A stretch of DNA of 64,000 nucleotides, taken from assembly GCA_041640295.1 (NCBI GenBank), contig JBEQAR010000002.1, positions 38,101 to 102,100 on the forward strand. Reading direction: 5' to 3'. This document shows positions 40,292 to 49,767 of the stretch, in pieces. The notes beneath the pieces are model-generated. The model made no database searches and was not told the DNA's origin. It saw only the letters and a list, made by a program, of their open reading frames with translations. The stretch is from a bacterium (lineage in GTDB: Bacteria; Patescibacteriota; Minisyncoccia; UBA6257; HR35). The translations under genes were made by a program, and so were the position numbers. The first letter of the stretch is position 1, and every line of letters starts with the position of its first letter.

Positions 40292-40363
40292 GGGCCGGTA
40301 GTTCAATGGTAGAACATCGGTTTTGCACACCGAAGGTTGTGGGTTCGATTCCCACCCGGTCCA
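40292..40363 (+). tRNA. tRNA-Ala (anticodon UGC)
   Basis: The acceptor stem GGGCCGG/CCGGUCC has the G3:U70 pair. The anticodon loop is UUUGCAC and the T-loop is UUCGAUU. Confidence 0.85.
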
Positions 40364-40371
40364 ATTTTATA

Positions 40372-40444
40372 CTCCCGGTAGCTCAATAGGAAGAGCAGGT
40401 GCGTTCTAAGCACAAGGTTGGGGGTTCGAGTCCCTCCCGGGAGG
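40372..40444 (+). tRNA. tRNA-Arg (anticodon UCU). The anticodon stem contains one G.A mismatch.
   Basis: The acceptor stem is CUCCCGG/CCGGGAG. The D-arm is GCUC...GAGC. The anticodon loop is GUUCUAA and the T-loop is UUCGAGU. Confidence 0.7.
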
Positions 40445-40524
40445 CAATTTGTTAAGTAAGCAAATTCAAAATTAAACATTTTAATTTCTTATAAAGAAAA
40501 TTCATAAAATATTAAAAAATAAAA

Positions 40525-40556
40525 AGAAAAGAGCCTTATGAGGCTCTTTTCTTTTG
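40525..40556 (+). terminator. Rho-independent terminator hairpin, palindromic and possibly bidirectional
   Basis: The sequence aaaagaaaaGAGCCuuauGAGGCUCuuuucuuuu sits downstream of the tRNA-Ala/tRNA-Arg pair. Confidence 0.6.
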
Positions 40557-40917
40557 GAAAAATATCAGAAAAGAAAAGGAGGAGCCGCTAATAAATAACC
40601 TGCTCCAATCCTTTGCAATAAAAATTATATTATAATATTTTCAGTAATGAAAGATGTAGTAAAAACAAATTATAAATATATTTTAGTTTTTTTATTAGTA
40701 TTTTTATTATCTTTTTTATTTTTTCAAATAGGAATAATTTATGGTTCAAAATTCTATCAACCTTGCGAAATAAAAATTTTTAAAAATGGAAATAATTGAA
40801 AAAATTATAGATTTTTTAGGAAGATTAATTCTATTATTTGTTTTAATTTGGATTATTGTTAATGAAATATTTAATAGAATTTTTTCAAAACTAACTTCTT
40901 ATGGTTTTGGTAAATAA

Positions 40918-42180
40918 ATGAAATCCTACTATAAAAATTTAAAACTATTTTTAATATTCTTAGATATTTTGCTTTTTTATCTATCTCTTTTTATTTTCCT
41001 TTATTTAAGATATGGTTTAGAAAAAAATTTTGTTCGCGATCACTTGTTTGGTTTTAGTATTATTTTACCATTCTGGTTAATTGCCTTTTATTCACAAAAT
41101 TTTTATTCCTTTAATATTTTTAAAAATAAATTCTCTTTAAGAATAATTAAAGCCTTTAGCATTGGTTTTATTATTTCTATTGTTTTTTTCTATTTTTTAC
41201 CTCAACTTAAAATATCACCAAAAACAAATTTGATTATTTTCTCAATTATTTATTTAGCTAATTTTATTATTTTCAGAAACTTGATAGAAAATAATTTAGC
41301 CAGAAAGAAAAAATTTAAAATTTTAGTAATAATTCCTAAAAATTTTGTTGATAAATTTATTAATGATTTTAAAGATTTTAGTTTTTATCAATTTACTATT
41401 GCCGAGGAGAATTTGCTCTATAATTACAATGAATTCGATGCTATTGTGATTAGCCAAAAAATTAAAAACGAAGAGCTGATTAATTACATTATAAAAAAAA
41501 TCAACTATCAAGTGCCAATTATTGAATTAATTGAGTTTTACGAAAAAAATCTAAACCGCATTCCCTTAGAAGAAATTAATGAATATTGGATTTTGAAAGA
41601 AATTATTAATCCCGAATTGGGCTTTCAATTATTAATAAAAAGAGCTTTCGATATCTTGTTAAGCTTATTAATAGGATTAGTCAGTTTACCTTTCTTACCA
41701 TTAATTGCTTTGGGGATTTATCTTAATTCTCCTGGACCGATAATTTTTAAACAAAAAAGAATCGGTAAAAATAATAAAGAATTTATTATTTATAAATTCA
41801 GAACTATGAAAAACTTAACTGATCCCGGAATTTGGGAAAAAGAAAAAGATGAAAGAATATTTTTCTTTGGCAAAATTTTAAGAAAGTTACATTTAGATGA
41901 AATACCTCAGATAATTAATGTTTTGAAGGGCGATTTATCTTTTATTGGACCTCGTCCTGAACAAGTAAATATAGTTAAAGAATTAGAGAAACAAATACCA
42001 TTTTATAATATTAGACATATAGTTTTGCCAGGTATTACTGGCTGGACACAGGTTAATTATAAAAAACCATACAATTTAGAAGAAACCAAAATTAAACTTG
42101 AATATGATTTTTATTATTTAAAGAATAGAAATTTCTTTTTAGATTTAATAATATTTTTTAAAACTATATTTAATATTTAA
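40918..42180 (+). CDS. Polyprenyl-phosphate glycosyl-1-phosphate transferase (bacterial sugar transferase, WbaP/EpsL-like)
   Basis: It has four N-terminal TM helices. The C-terminal sugar-transferase domain reads KRAFDILLSLLIGLVSLPFLPLIALGIYLNSPGPIIFKQKRIGKNNKEFIIYKFRTM...GPRPE. Confidence 0.8.
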   Translation: MKSYYKNLKLFLIFLDILLFYLSLFIFLYLRYGLEKNFVRDHLFGFSIILPFWLIAFYSQNFYSFNIFKNKFSLRIIKAFSIGFIISIVFFYFLPQLKISPKTNLIIFSIIYLANFIIFRNLIENNLARKKKFKILVIIPKNFVDKFINDFKDFSFYQFTIAEENLLYNYNEFDAIVISQKIKNEELINYIIKKINYQVPIIELIEFYEKNLNRIPLEEINEYWILKEIINPELGFQLLIKRAFDILLSLLIGLVSLPFLPLIALGIYLNSPGPIIFKQKRIGKNNKEFIIYKFRTMKNLTDPGIWEKEKDERIFFFGKILRKLHLDEIPQIINVLKGDLSFIGPRPEQVNIVKELEKQIPFYNIRHIVLPGITGWTQVNYKKPYNLEETKIKLEYDFYYLKNRNFFLDLIIFFKTIFNI

Positions 42181-43895
42181 AAGTCATAATCATCAAACTT
42201 TATCTCCTCAAAATATTTCAAATTCTCTAATAATTTTTTTAAATTAAGATAATTTTTCGATTTGATTAAAAGATACATTTGATATCTTTTCTTAATTTTA
42301 AAAATCCTTTCTAAAAAAGGCCCGGTGATTTCTATTTCTTCTTTTTCAAAAAGAATTCTTTTTTTAAGCTCTTCTTTCAAATTAATCAATCTTCTATTTA
42401 ATTCTTGTAAATTACTAAGACGAGAAACTATTTTTATTTGATAATAAAATGGTGGCAGTTTGTTTATTGCTCTTTCCTCAATAATATCTTTAATAATTAA
42501 ACCAGCTCTAATTTTTTCTAATAATTGAGTGTTCAATCGGCTATGAAAGAAAAGATTTTTTGATGTTTCTTTCAAACAATGGGCTAATCTGATATACTTT
42601 TCTTTAAGAAAAATATTTTCTGAAAAAAAACCGATATCAAAATTAATAAAAAAAGAATTAGCTGTAGGTAAATGAAGAATATGCCAATCTCCCAGGATTA
42701 TACACCCATTTTCTATTTTTTTATTTATTTTCTTTAGATCTCTTTTTTGATTAATTTCATAAACCTGAAACCCTTTATTGATTAAGAAATTTCTTAACCA
42801 TTGTTTACCTATGCTTTTAATTGACAAATCATTTTTCTGACAATTAGGGCAAATATTAATCAATGGGTAGTCTTTATGACATTGATAACAAAATAGTTTA
42901 TCTTCAAAAATTGTTAAATAAGATCCGCAATGAGAACACTCAAATTGATAATAACAATTTAAACAAATTAATTTTCTACCTAAACTTTTTTGAAGAATAA
43001 ATATTTTATTAGTAGTCTTGGGGTTGATTAATCTAATTAGAGATGAAAAATCTTTAAAGGTGGAAAAATCTAATTGAGGTAAACTAATATTTTTTTGATT
43101 AAGATAGATATTTAAACTATAAAAGTTATCAACATAAACTAACTTACATTTAAATAATTTAGCATAATCTTCAATAATTTCTAAATAGTTTATTTTCGGA
43201 ATTTTAAAAAACTCTCGATAAAAAAGACTTCCTTCTTTAATAACTACAATGACCTCAATATTCACCCAAGGTAAAAAAATTATTTTTTTATTTCCTATAA
43301 AAACATTTTTTTCGTTAGAAAGAATATCATTTAAATAACGAGGAATATTTTTCAAGTCTTTTAAGTAAATTAAATTTTCTATATTATTTTTTAGTTTTGA
43401 ATACCAAATCTCCGAATCTGCTAATGTGGGGCAAACAATTAATGTTTTTTTATTCTTAATTAACTCAAAAGGAAATTCATTTTTAACTATTAAAGAAAAA
43501 TTTTCTTTTTTGTTAATAATTTTATCAGGAAGAGAAAAATTAAAATTAAAATTTTTGTAAAAATTTAAAAAAAGATAAAAAGCGTGAGAAAGAGATAAAT
43601 AATACCTCCGGCTTAACTTAAAGGCTAATTTTTTTTGATATTCTGTTAGGGGTGTATTTTCAGTTAATACTTTCTTAATCGGTTTTATTTGATAATCTAA
43701 ATTCTTTATAAAATATTTTAAGTCTCTTACTTGTTCTAAATCTAAAACATAGCCAATTTGTTCTTTTTTTTGAAAATCAATTTTTACCAAACTACCAACC
43801 TTAATTTTTTCATTATAAAAATATAGAAAATAATCAGGAGAATTTGGTGGTAATGGTTGAATCGGGATAACTTTTATAATATAATTTCTTTCCAT
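42177..43895 (-). CDS. PriA-like primosomal protein N' homolog with degenerate helicase motifs
   Basis: The N-terminal 3'-DNA-binding-like domain reads IIKVIPIQPLP...VGSLVKIDFQKKEQIGYV. A Cys4+Cys4 zinc-binding region matches the PriA insertion. Where PriA has its Walker A box GSGKT, this protein has SLIVKNEFPF. Where PriA has DEEH, it has IKEGS. Confidence 0.6.
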   Translation of the reverse strand: MERNYIIKVIPIQPLPPNSPDYFLYFYNEKIKVGSLVKIDFQKKEQIGYVLDLEQVRDLKYFIKNLDYQIKPIKKVLTENTPLTEYQKKLAFKLSRRYYLSLSHAFYLFLNFYKNFNFNFSLPDKIINKKENFSLIVKNEFPFELIKNKKTLIVCPTLADSEIWYSKLKNNIENLIYLKDLKNIPRYLNDILSNEKNVFIGNKKIIFLPWVNIEVIVVIKEGSLFYREFFKIPKINYLEIIEDYAKLFKCKLVYVDNFYSLNIYLNQKNISLPQLDFSTFKDFSSLIRLINPKTTNKIFILQKSLGRKLICLNCYYQFECSHCGSYLTIFEDKLFCYQCHKDYPLINICPNCQKNDLSIKSIGKQWLRNFLINKGFQVYEINQKRDLKKINKKIENGCIILGDWHILHLPTANSFFINFDIGFFSENIFLKEKYIRLAHCLKETSKNLFFHSRLNTQLLEKIRAGLIIKDIIEERAINKLPPFYYQIKIVSRLSNLQELNRRLINLKEELKKRILFEKEEIEITGPFLERIFKIKKRYQMYLLIKSKNYLNLKKLLENLKYFEEIKFDDYDF

Positions 43896-43920
43896 TATTT
43901 GTTAAAATTTTAAATGAGAA

Positions 43921-44925
43921 ATGCTTATTAAGATAGGAATAGATTTAGGTACAGCTAATACTACCGTTTATTTACCAAATAAAGGTATTGTTTTAACTGA
44001 ACCCACAGTAGTAGCGGTTGATGAATTGACTAAAAAAATTTTAGCTGTTGGGCAAGAAGCCAAAGAAATGATTGGCAAAACCCCTGGCGACATTAAAATC
44101 TACCGGCCATTAAGAGAAGGGGTCATTGCTGATTATAAATCAACCTTAGCTATTTTGAGGTATTTTTTAAATAAAGCTAAAATCCCTAAATTATTTAAAC
44201 CATTATTAATAATTTCTGTTCCTGCTGGTATTTCTTCTACTGAAAAAAAGGCAGTTATTGATGCAGCAATAGAAGCTGGAGCCAAAGAAGTTTATCCAAT
44301 TCGAGAACCACTTTTAGCAGCCTTAGGAGCTGATTTGCCAATAAATTCCTCTTCAGGCCATATGATTGTCAATATCGGTGGAGGAACTACGGAAATTGCA
44401 GTTATTTCTTTAGGAGGAATAGTTAGTTGGGATTCAATTAGAATTGCTGGCGATAAATTTGATGAATCAATAAGAGATTATTTAAGAAGAAAGTTTAATT
44501 TAGCGGTTGGTGAAAAAACAGCCGAATTAGTTAAAATCCAAGTTGGAGCAGCAGTAGTTAATAAAAATAATAATTTAGAAATGAATGTTAATGGTATTAA
44601 TATATTAACTGGTTTACCAGAAACCATTAAAATTTCTTCTGCCCATATTGTTGAAGCCCTTCAGAGAGATTTAAGAGAGATTATTATCGGTATAAAAAAA
44701 GTTTTAGCCAATACTCAACCAGAATTGGTGGCTGATATTATGGAAAAAGGAATTATTCTTTCCGGTGGTGGTGCACTTTTAAGAAATTTAGATCAATTAA
44801 TTTATGAGCAGACTGGAGTAGCGACTTTTGTTGCCGAAGATCCTCTTTATTGTGTTGCGCGCGGTACAGGTAAAATAATTGAAAAATTGGATACTTATCG
44901 AAGAATATTAATTGCTCATAAATGA
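43921..44925 (+). CDS. mreB: Rod shape-determining protein MreB
   Basis: It has GIDLGTANT, the adenosine motif GGGTTEIAVISLGG and ILSGGGALLRNLD. Confidence 0.9.
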   Translation: MLIKIGIDLGTANTTVYLPNKGIVLTEPTVVAVDELTKKILAVGQEAKEMIGKTPGDIKIYRPLREGVIADYKSTLAILRYFLNKAKIPKLFKPLLIISVPAGISSTEKKAVIDAAIEAGAKEVYPIREPLLAALGADLPINSSSGHMIVNIGGGTTEIAVISLGGIVSWDSIRIAGDKFDESIRDYLRRKFNLAVGEKTAELVKIQVGAAVVNKNNNLEMNVNGINILTGLPETIKISSAHIVEALQRDLREIIIGIKKVLANTQPELVADIMEKGIILSGGGALLRNLDQLIYEQTGVATFVAEDPLYCVARGTGKIIEKLDTYRRILIAHK

Positions 44926-45710
44926 TTATTGGCCATCAATTACAAAAAGAAATTATCAATAAGATTTTACAAAACTATAATCAGGGATTATTTTTGCTTT
45001 TTGGTCCCGAAGCGGTTGGTAAGTTTTATCTTTTAAAAAGTTTGACAGAAAAATTTAAACCACTGATTTTTAATTCTGACGAAACTATCTTAAAAATTAA
45101 AACTTCAGAATTAATTCAAAAAATATTATTATTAAAAAGTAAAGAAAAGCAAATTATTATTGTTAATGATTGTCATAAATTTAATAAAGAAGCTCAAAAT
45201 AAATTATTAAAAATTTTAGAAGAAATACCATCACAATCTTTAGTTTTTTTAATTTCTCATAAGCTATTTAAAATTTTGCCAACTATTCGTTCTCGAGCAC
45301 AAAAAATAAGATTCTCTTTAGTTGATAATGACGAAATTAGAAATTTTCTTATTAAAAATTACCCCAGCGCTGATGTTAATTTCCTTTTAAAAATTTTTCC
45401 GGGTCAAATTGGTAAAATAGTTTATTTTCTTAACAATAAAGAAAAATTTAAGACTATCCAAAAAATTATTATCAGCAATGATTTATTTGAAAAATTTCAA
45501 TTATTTTATAAAATTGAAAAAGAAATTACTTTAGAAGAATTAATTTACTATTTTATAATTTACGAGCGGGATAATTTAATCAAAAAGAATAAAGAATCAT
45601 TAAAAAAATTAAGATATTTGTTGTCTTTACACGAAGATAGTAGTTATTTTTTAAACAAAGAAATGCAGTTTGCTAATATTGTCTTAAATATTTATGGGGC
45701 GGGCATTTAA
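44922..45710 (+). CDS. holB: DNA polymerase III delta-prime-like clamp-loader subunit
   Basis: It has a degenerate P-loop (FGPEAVGKF), IIIVNDCHKFNKEAQNKLLKILEE (the box after Walker B) and the sensor-1 motif TIRSRAQ. Confidence 0.6.
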   Translation: MIIGHQLQKEIINKILQNYNQGLFLLFGPEAVGKFYLLKSLTEKFKPLIFNSDETILKIKTSELIQKILLLKSKEKQIIIVNDCHKFNKEAQNKLLKILEEIPSQSLVFLISHKLFKILPTIRSRAQKIRFSLVDNDEIRNFLIKNYPSADVNFLLKIFPGQIGKIVYFLNNKEKFKTIQKIIISNDLFEKFQLFYKIEKEITLEELIYYFIIYERDNLIKKNKESLKKLRYLLSLHEDSSYFLNKEMQFANIVLNIYGAGI

Positions 45711-45848
45711 TTTTATCAAAATTATATTTTTTTTTATTGCTTTTGTTTATTTAATAGGTTTTGCTATTACTGATGAATTTTTAAGAAAATTTATTAATGA
45801 AGCAGGTTCGAAATTAGCTCCTTACGGTATCGAAATTTTACACTTAAG

Positions 45849-46391
45849 ATGATTGACAATTTTTTAAAAAATTTAAATAGCTTATTAAGAGAATTTGAAG
45901 AGAAATTAAAAAGCATCCGTAGTTATAAATTTGCTCTTCATTGGTTAGAAAATGTCGAAATTAATGCTTATGGTAAAAAATACGAATTAAAATCTTTAGC
46001 AAGTATTAGCCAGTTAGATTATGCAAAATTCAAATTAGTTTTATGGGATGCTAATATTATTAATGATGTTGAAAGAGATTTAAGAAAAACAAATTTCGGT
46101 GGTAGCATTAATCGAGAAAAAGATAGTTTGATAGTAACCTTTCCCCCAATTACTGAAGAAACTAAAAAAAATTTATTAAAAACCTTAGGACAACTTAAAG
46201 AAGAATTTAGAATTAAAATTAGGGTTTTAAGAGACGAAGCATTAAAGGAGTTAAAAAAAAATAAAGAAGAGAAAAAAATTAGCGAGGATATGTTTTATAA
46301 AAATAAAGAAAAAATAGATCAAGAGGTCGAAAAAGCTAATAAAAAAATTGAAGAATTATTTAAAAATAAAGAAAAAGAAATTTTATCTTAA
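45849..46391 (+). CDS. frr: Ribosome recycling factor
   Basis: The 180-aa protein has an RRF-like domain layout and a Lys/Glu-rich helical C-terminus. It sits upstream of rseP, which preserves the frr...rseP...proS linkage. Confidence 0.8.
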   Translation: MIDNFLKNLNSLLREFEEKLKSIRSYKFALHWLENVEINAYGKKYELKSLASISQLDYAKFKLVLWDANIINDVERDLRKTNFGGSINREKDSLIVTFPPITEETKKNLLKTLGQLKEEFRIKIRVLRDEALKELKKNKEEKKISEDMFYKNKEKIDQEVEKANKKIEELFKNKEKEILS

Positions 46392-46393
46392 AA

Positions 46394-47458
46394 ATGATCA
46401 TTATTAATATTCTTCTTTTTTTAATTGTTTTAGGTGTTTTAATTTTTATTCACGAACTTGGTCATTTTTTGGTAGCTAAGAAATTAAAAGTTCCTGTTGA
46501 AGAATTTGCTATAGGGTTTCCACCAAGATTATTTAGAAGAAAAATTGGTGAAACAGTTTATAGCCTAAATTTATTTTTTTTTGGTGGTTATGTTAAATTA
46601 AGAGGGGAGTTAGATGCTAATGATCCTGAAGGTTTTTTAAACAAACCAAGCTGGATCAAAATTTTAGTTGTTTTAGCTGGTGTATTTTTTAATTTAATTT
46701 TAGCTTATTTTCTATTTTCTTTTGGTTATTTAATTGGTTTACCCGAATATTCAGCTAATTCCTCTAAGGTTTCTATTATTCAAGTTGTGAACAACAGCGT
46801 TGCCGAAAAAGCAGGATTAAAAATGTTAGACAAATTAATTTATCTTAAAGATCAAAATAATAATGTTATTTACCTGAAAAATGCTCAAGAGGTAAGAAAT
46901 ATTATTGAAAACTATCGAGGTCAAGAAATTATTTTAGGTATAGAAAGGGGTAAAGAAAGTTTTGAAATAAAATTAATTCCTGAAAGCAATAAAAATCTTC
47001 CACCCCTAGGAGTTCAGTTAAGCCATTTAGAGTTAGTTAAATATTCATTTCCGGCAAATTTCTATTTTGGTTTTATTAAGATTAAAGATTCACTTTTAGC
47101 AATATCAGAAGGTTTAAAAGATTTTTTTATTAAAATATTTAAAGGAGAAAAAGAAGTTATTAATCAAGTTGTTGGTCCTTTAGGAATTTTTGATATTTAT
47201 AATCAATTTTTGGCTCTTGGTTTTAATTATTTATTATATTTTCTTGCTTTCATTTCGTTAAATTTAGCTGTTTTAAATATCTTACCTATTCCTGCTCTTG
47301 ATGGCGGAAGATTTATTTTTTATTTTTATGAGTTTATTACCAGAAAGAGAGTACCAGCTTCTCTCGATAATTTGATCAATATTATTGGTTTTCTATTTCT
47401 TTTGTTATTGACCATTGTTATTACTATTAAAGATATTCTTGTAAAGTTGAATAGATAA
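46394..47458 (+). CDS. rseP: RseP-type site-2 zinc metalloprotease
   Basis: It has the HExxH motif HELGHFLVAKK in its first TM helix, a PDZ domain, and a C-terminal LDGG motif. Confidence 0.85.
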   Translation: MIIINILLFLIVLGVLIFIHELGHFLVAKKLKVPVEEFAIGFPPRLFRRKIGETVYSLNLFFFGGYVKLRGELDANDPEGFLNKPSWIKILVVLAGVFFNLILAYFLFSFGYLIGLPEYSANSSKVSIIQVVNNSVAEKAGLKMLDKLIYLKDQNNNVIYLKNAQEVRNIIENYRGQEIILGIERGKESFEIKLIPESNKNLPPLGVQLSHLELVKYSFPANFYFGFIKIKDSLLAISEGLKDFFIKIFKGEKEVINQVVGPLGIFDIYNQFLALGFNYLLYFLAFISLNLAVLNILPIPALDGGRFIFYFYEFITRKRVPASLDNLINIIGFLFLLLLTIVITIKDILVKLNR

Positions 47459-48702
47459 TGAGACAATCGCAACTTTTTTATAAAACTTATAAAAATTTAA
47501 CTCAAGAAGAAGAAGCTAAAAATGCTCAATTGCTAATAAGGGCTGGTTATATTGAAAAAATAAGTGCTGGTATTTATAATTTTTTACCCTTAGGATTTTT
47601 AGTTTTAGAAAAAATCAAAAAAATTATTAGGGAAGAATTAAATAAATTAAACTGCCAAGAATTATTATTAGCCAATCTTCATCCTAAAGAATATTGGCAG
47701 ATAACAGGTCGCTGGTCAAAATTTGATGTTTTGTTTAAAATAAAAAGCCAATTAGGTCAGGAATATAGTTTAGCGCCAACTCATGAAGAAGTTATTTTTC
47801 CGTTAGTAAAAAAAATTATTCATTCTTATAGAGACTTACCTATCGCTCTTTATCAAATTCATTCTAAATATCGAGATGAATTAAGAGCAAAATCGGGTTT
47901 ATTAAGAAACAAAGAATTTATTATGAAGGATTTATATAGTTTCCATATTAATCATAGCGATTTAGAAAATTTTAAAAAAGAAGTAGAAAAAACCTATCTT
48001 AAAATTTTTAAAAGATGTGGCTTAAAAGCTATTCCAACCTTAGCCAGCGGTGGAAGTTTTTCTAAGTTTTCTTTAGAATTTCAAGTTATTACTCCAGCTG
48101 GGGAAGATACGATTTTCTATTGTTATCAATGTCAACAAGCTTGGAATAAAGAAATTTTAAATCAAAAAAAATGTCCTCAATGTCAAAATGATTTAGAAGT
48201 TTTTAAAAGTATTGAAGTAGGTAACACTTTTAATTTGGGTACTAAGTTTTCTAAATCATTTAATGTTTATTTTCTTGATAAGAATAATAATAAGAATTAT
48301 GTTTGGGCTGGTTGTTATGGAATTGGTATTACCAGGCTTTTGGGGGCGATCGTTGAAATTAATAATGATGATTTTGGCATAATTTGGCCTAAAGAAGTTA
48401 GTCCTTTTGATGTTCATTTAATTCTTTTCCAATACAACAAAAATGAAACTGATAAAAAATTAAAAAAATTATCTGAAAATGTATATCAATTTTTAATGGA
48501 TAACAAAATTGAGGTGCTTTTTGACGATCGCTTAAATATCTCAAATGGTCAGAAATTAATCGAAAGTGATTTAATTGGTATTCCACATCAAATTATTATT
48601 GGCGAAAATAGTTTAAAGAATAATTTATTAGAAGTAAAGATTAGAAAAAAGAGAAAATCATTTAAAATAAGTAAAAATAATTTATTAAAATGGTTAAAAT
48701 AA
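47458..48702 (+). CDS. proS: Prolyl-tRNA synthetase, short form with no INS editing domain and a CxxC-x13-CxxC insert
   Basis: The class II motifs include LIRAGYIEKISAGIYNFLPLGFLV, SLAPTHEEVIFPL and IEVGNTFNLGTKFSKSF. The zinc-ribbon-like insert reads CYQCQQAWNKEILNQKKCPQCQ. Confidence 0.85.
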   Translation: MRQSQLFYKTYKNLTQEEEAKNAQLLIRAGYIEKISAGIYNFLPLGFLVLEKIKKIIREELNKLNCQELLLANLHPKEYWQITGRWSKFDVLFKIKSQLGQEYSLAPTHEEVIFPLVKKIIHSYRDLPIALYQIHSKYRDELRAKSGLLRNKEFIMKDLYSFHINHSDLENFKKEVEKTYLKIFKRCGLKAIPTLASGGSFSKFSLEFQVITPAGEDTIFYCYQCQQAWNKEILNQKKCPQCQNDLEVFKSIEVGNTFNLGTKFSKSFNVYFLDKNNNKNYVWAGCYGIGITRLLGAIVEINNDDFGIIWPKEVSPFDVHLILFQYNKNETDKKLKKLSENVYQFLMDNKIEVLFDDRLNISNGQKLIESDLIGIPHQIIIGENSLKNNLLEVKIRKKRKSFKISKNNLLKWLK

Positions 48703-49703
48703 TAAAACAACTTGAATTAGGTATTGATTTAGGAACATCAAATACTTTAGTTTATTTGAAGAATAAAGGAATAATTTTTGATGAACCATCTTATATTGTT
48801 TTTGATAAGAGAAATTTAAGTATTGTTGCCATTGGCCATGAAGCAAAAAAAATGTTGGGTAGAGTGCCTAATTATTTGAATGTTGTTAAGCCAATTAATT
48901 TTGGTGTGGTAACTGATTTTGAAGCTACCGCCAGTTATTTAAGTAAAATTTTTGAAATGTTAAATAAAGAATATTTCTCTCTTTTTAAACCTAAAGCTAT
49001 TATCGGCGTGCCTTTAAATTTGACTGAAGTTCAAATAAGGGGAGTTGTTGATGCTGGCTTGTCGGCTGGTTTTAAGGAAGTTTATACTATTGAACAACCA
49101 ATTGCAGCTGCTTTGGGTGGAAATCTAAATATTGACGAGGCTAAGGGACTAATGATTATTGATATTGGTGGTGGAACTACCGAAATTTCAGTCATCTCAT
49201 TAGGTGGAGTAGTGGTAGGTAAAAGTATAAAAATTGCTGGCGATAGATTTAATTCTAATTTTCTTAATTATATTAGGCTTAAATATAATCTTATAGTCGG
49301 TGAAAGTCAAATTGAGGAAGCAAAAATTAAAATCGGCTCAATTATTGGTAAAAATAATTTAATATCTCTTAAGGGGCGCGATGCATTAACCACCCTACCT
49401 AAAGAAATAACTGTTTCCAGTTTAGATTTAAGAGAATCATTAACTTCCATTTTAAATGATTTAGTTTACGAGATAAAAGATATTCTTAACATTACGCCAG
49501 CAGAATTGATAGGAGATATTGTTGCTAATGGTATTTATTTAACGGGTGGAGGAAGTTTAATTGATGGCTTAGCAGAGTTTTTAGAAAAAGAATTAAATGT
49601 CAAAATTAATAAACTTGACAATCCGCTCCATTCAGTTGTTTTGGGCTTAGGAAAAATTATCGAGAACTTTAATTACTATAAAAAGTTTTGCTATACTTAT
49701 TAA
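48690..49703 (+). CDS. MreB paralog (actin-like rod-shape protein)
   Basis: It has GIDLGTSNT, DIGGGTTEISVISLGG and LTGGGSLIDGL. Confidence 0.85.
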   Translation: MVKIIKQLELGIDLGTSNTLVYLKNKGIIFDEPSYIVFDKRNLSIVAIGHEAKKMLGRVPNYLNVVKPINFGVVTDFEATASYLSKIFEMLNKEYFSLFKPKAIIGVPLNLTEVQIRGVVDAGLSAGFKEVYTIEQPIAAALGGNLNIDEAKGLMIIDIGGGTTEISVISLGGVVVGKSIKIAGDRFNSNFLNYIRLKYNLIVGESQIEEAKIKIGSIIGKNNLISLKGRDALTTLPKEITVSSLDLRESLTSILNDLVYEIKDILNITPAELIGDIVANGIYLTGGGSLIDGLAEFLEKELNVKINKLDNPLHSVVLGLGKIIENFNYYKKFCYTY

Positions 49704-49767
49704 AATTTGATTTGCTCAAAAAATTTTTTATAATAATTTAAGCTAATTAAGCAGAATTTTTTAAATT

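Noticed and set aside
45790-45850. T-loop-like GGTTCGAAAT between holB and frr that might be a tRNA or tRNA remnant
   Set aside because: I could find no acceptor, D arm or anticodon arm around it, so it is probably a chance match.
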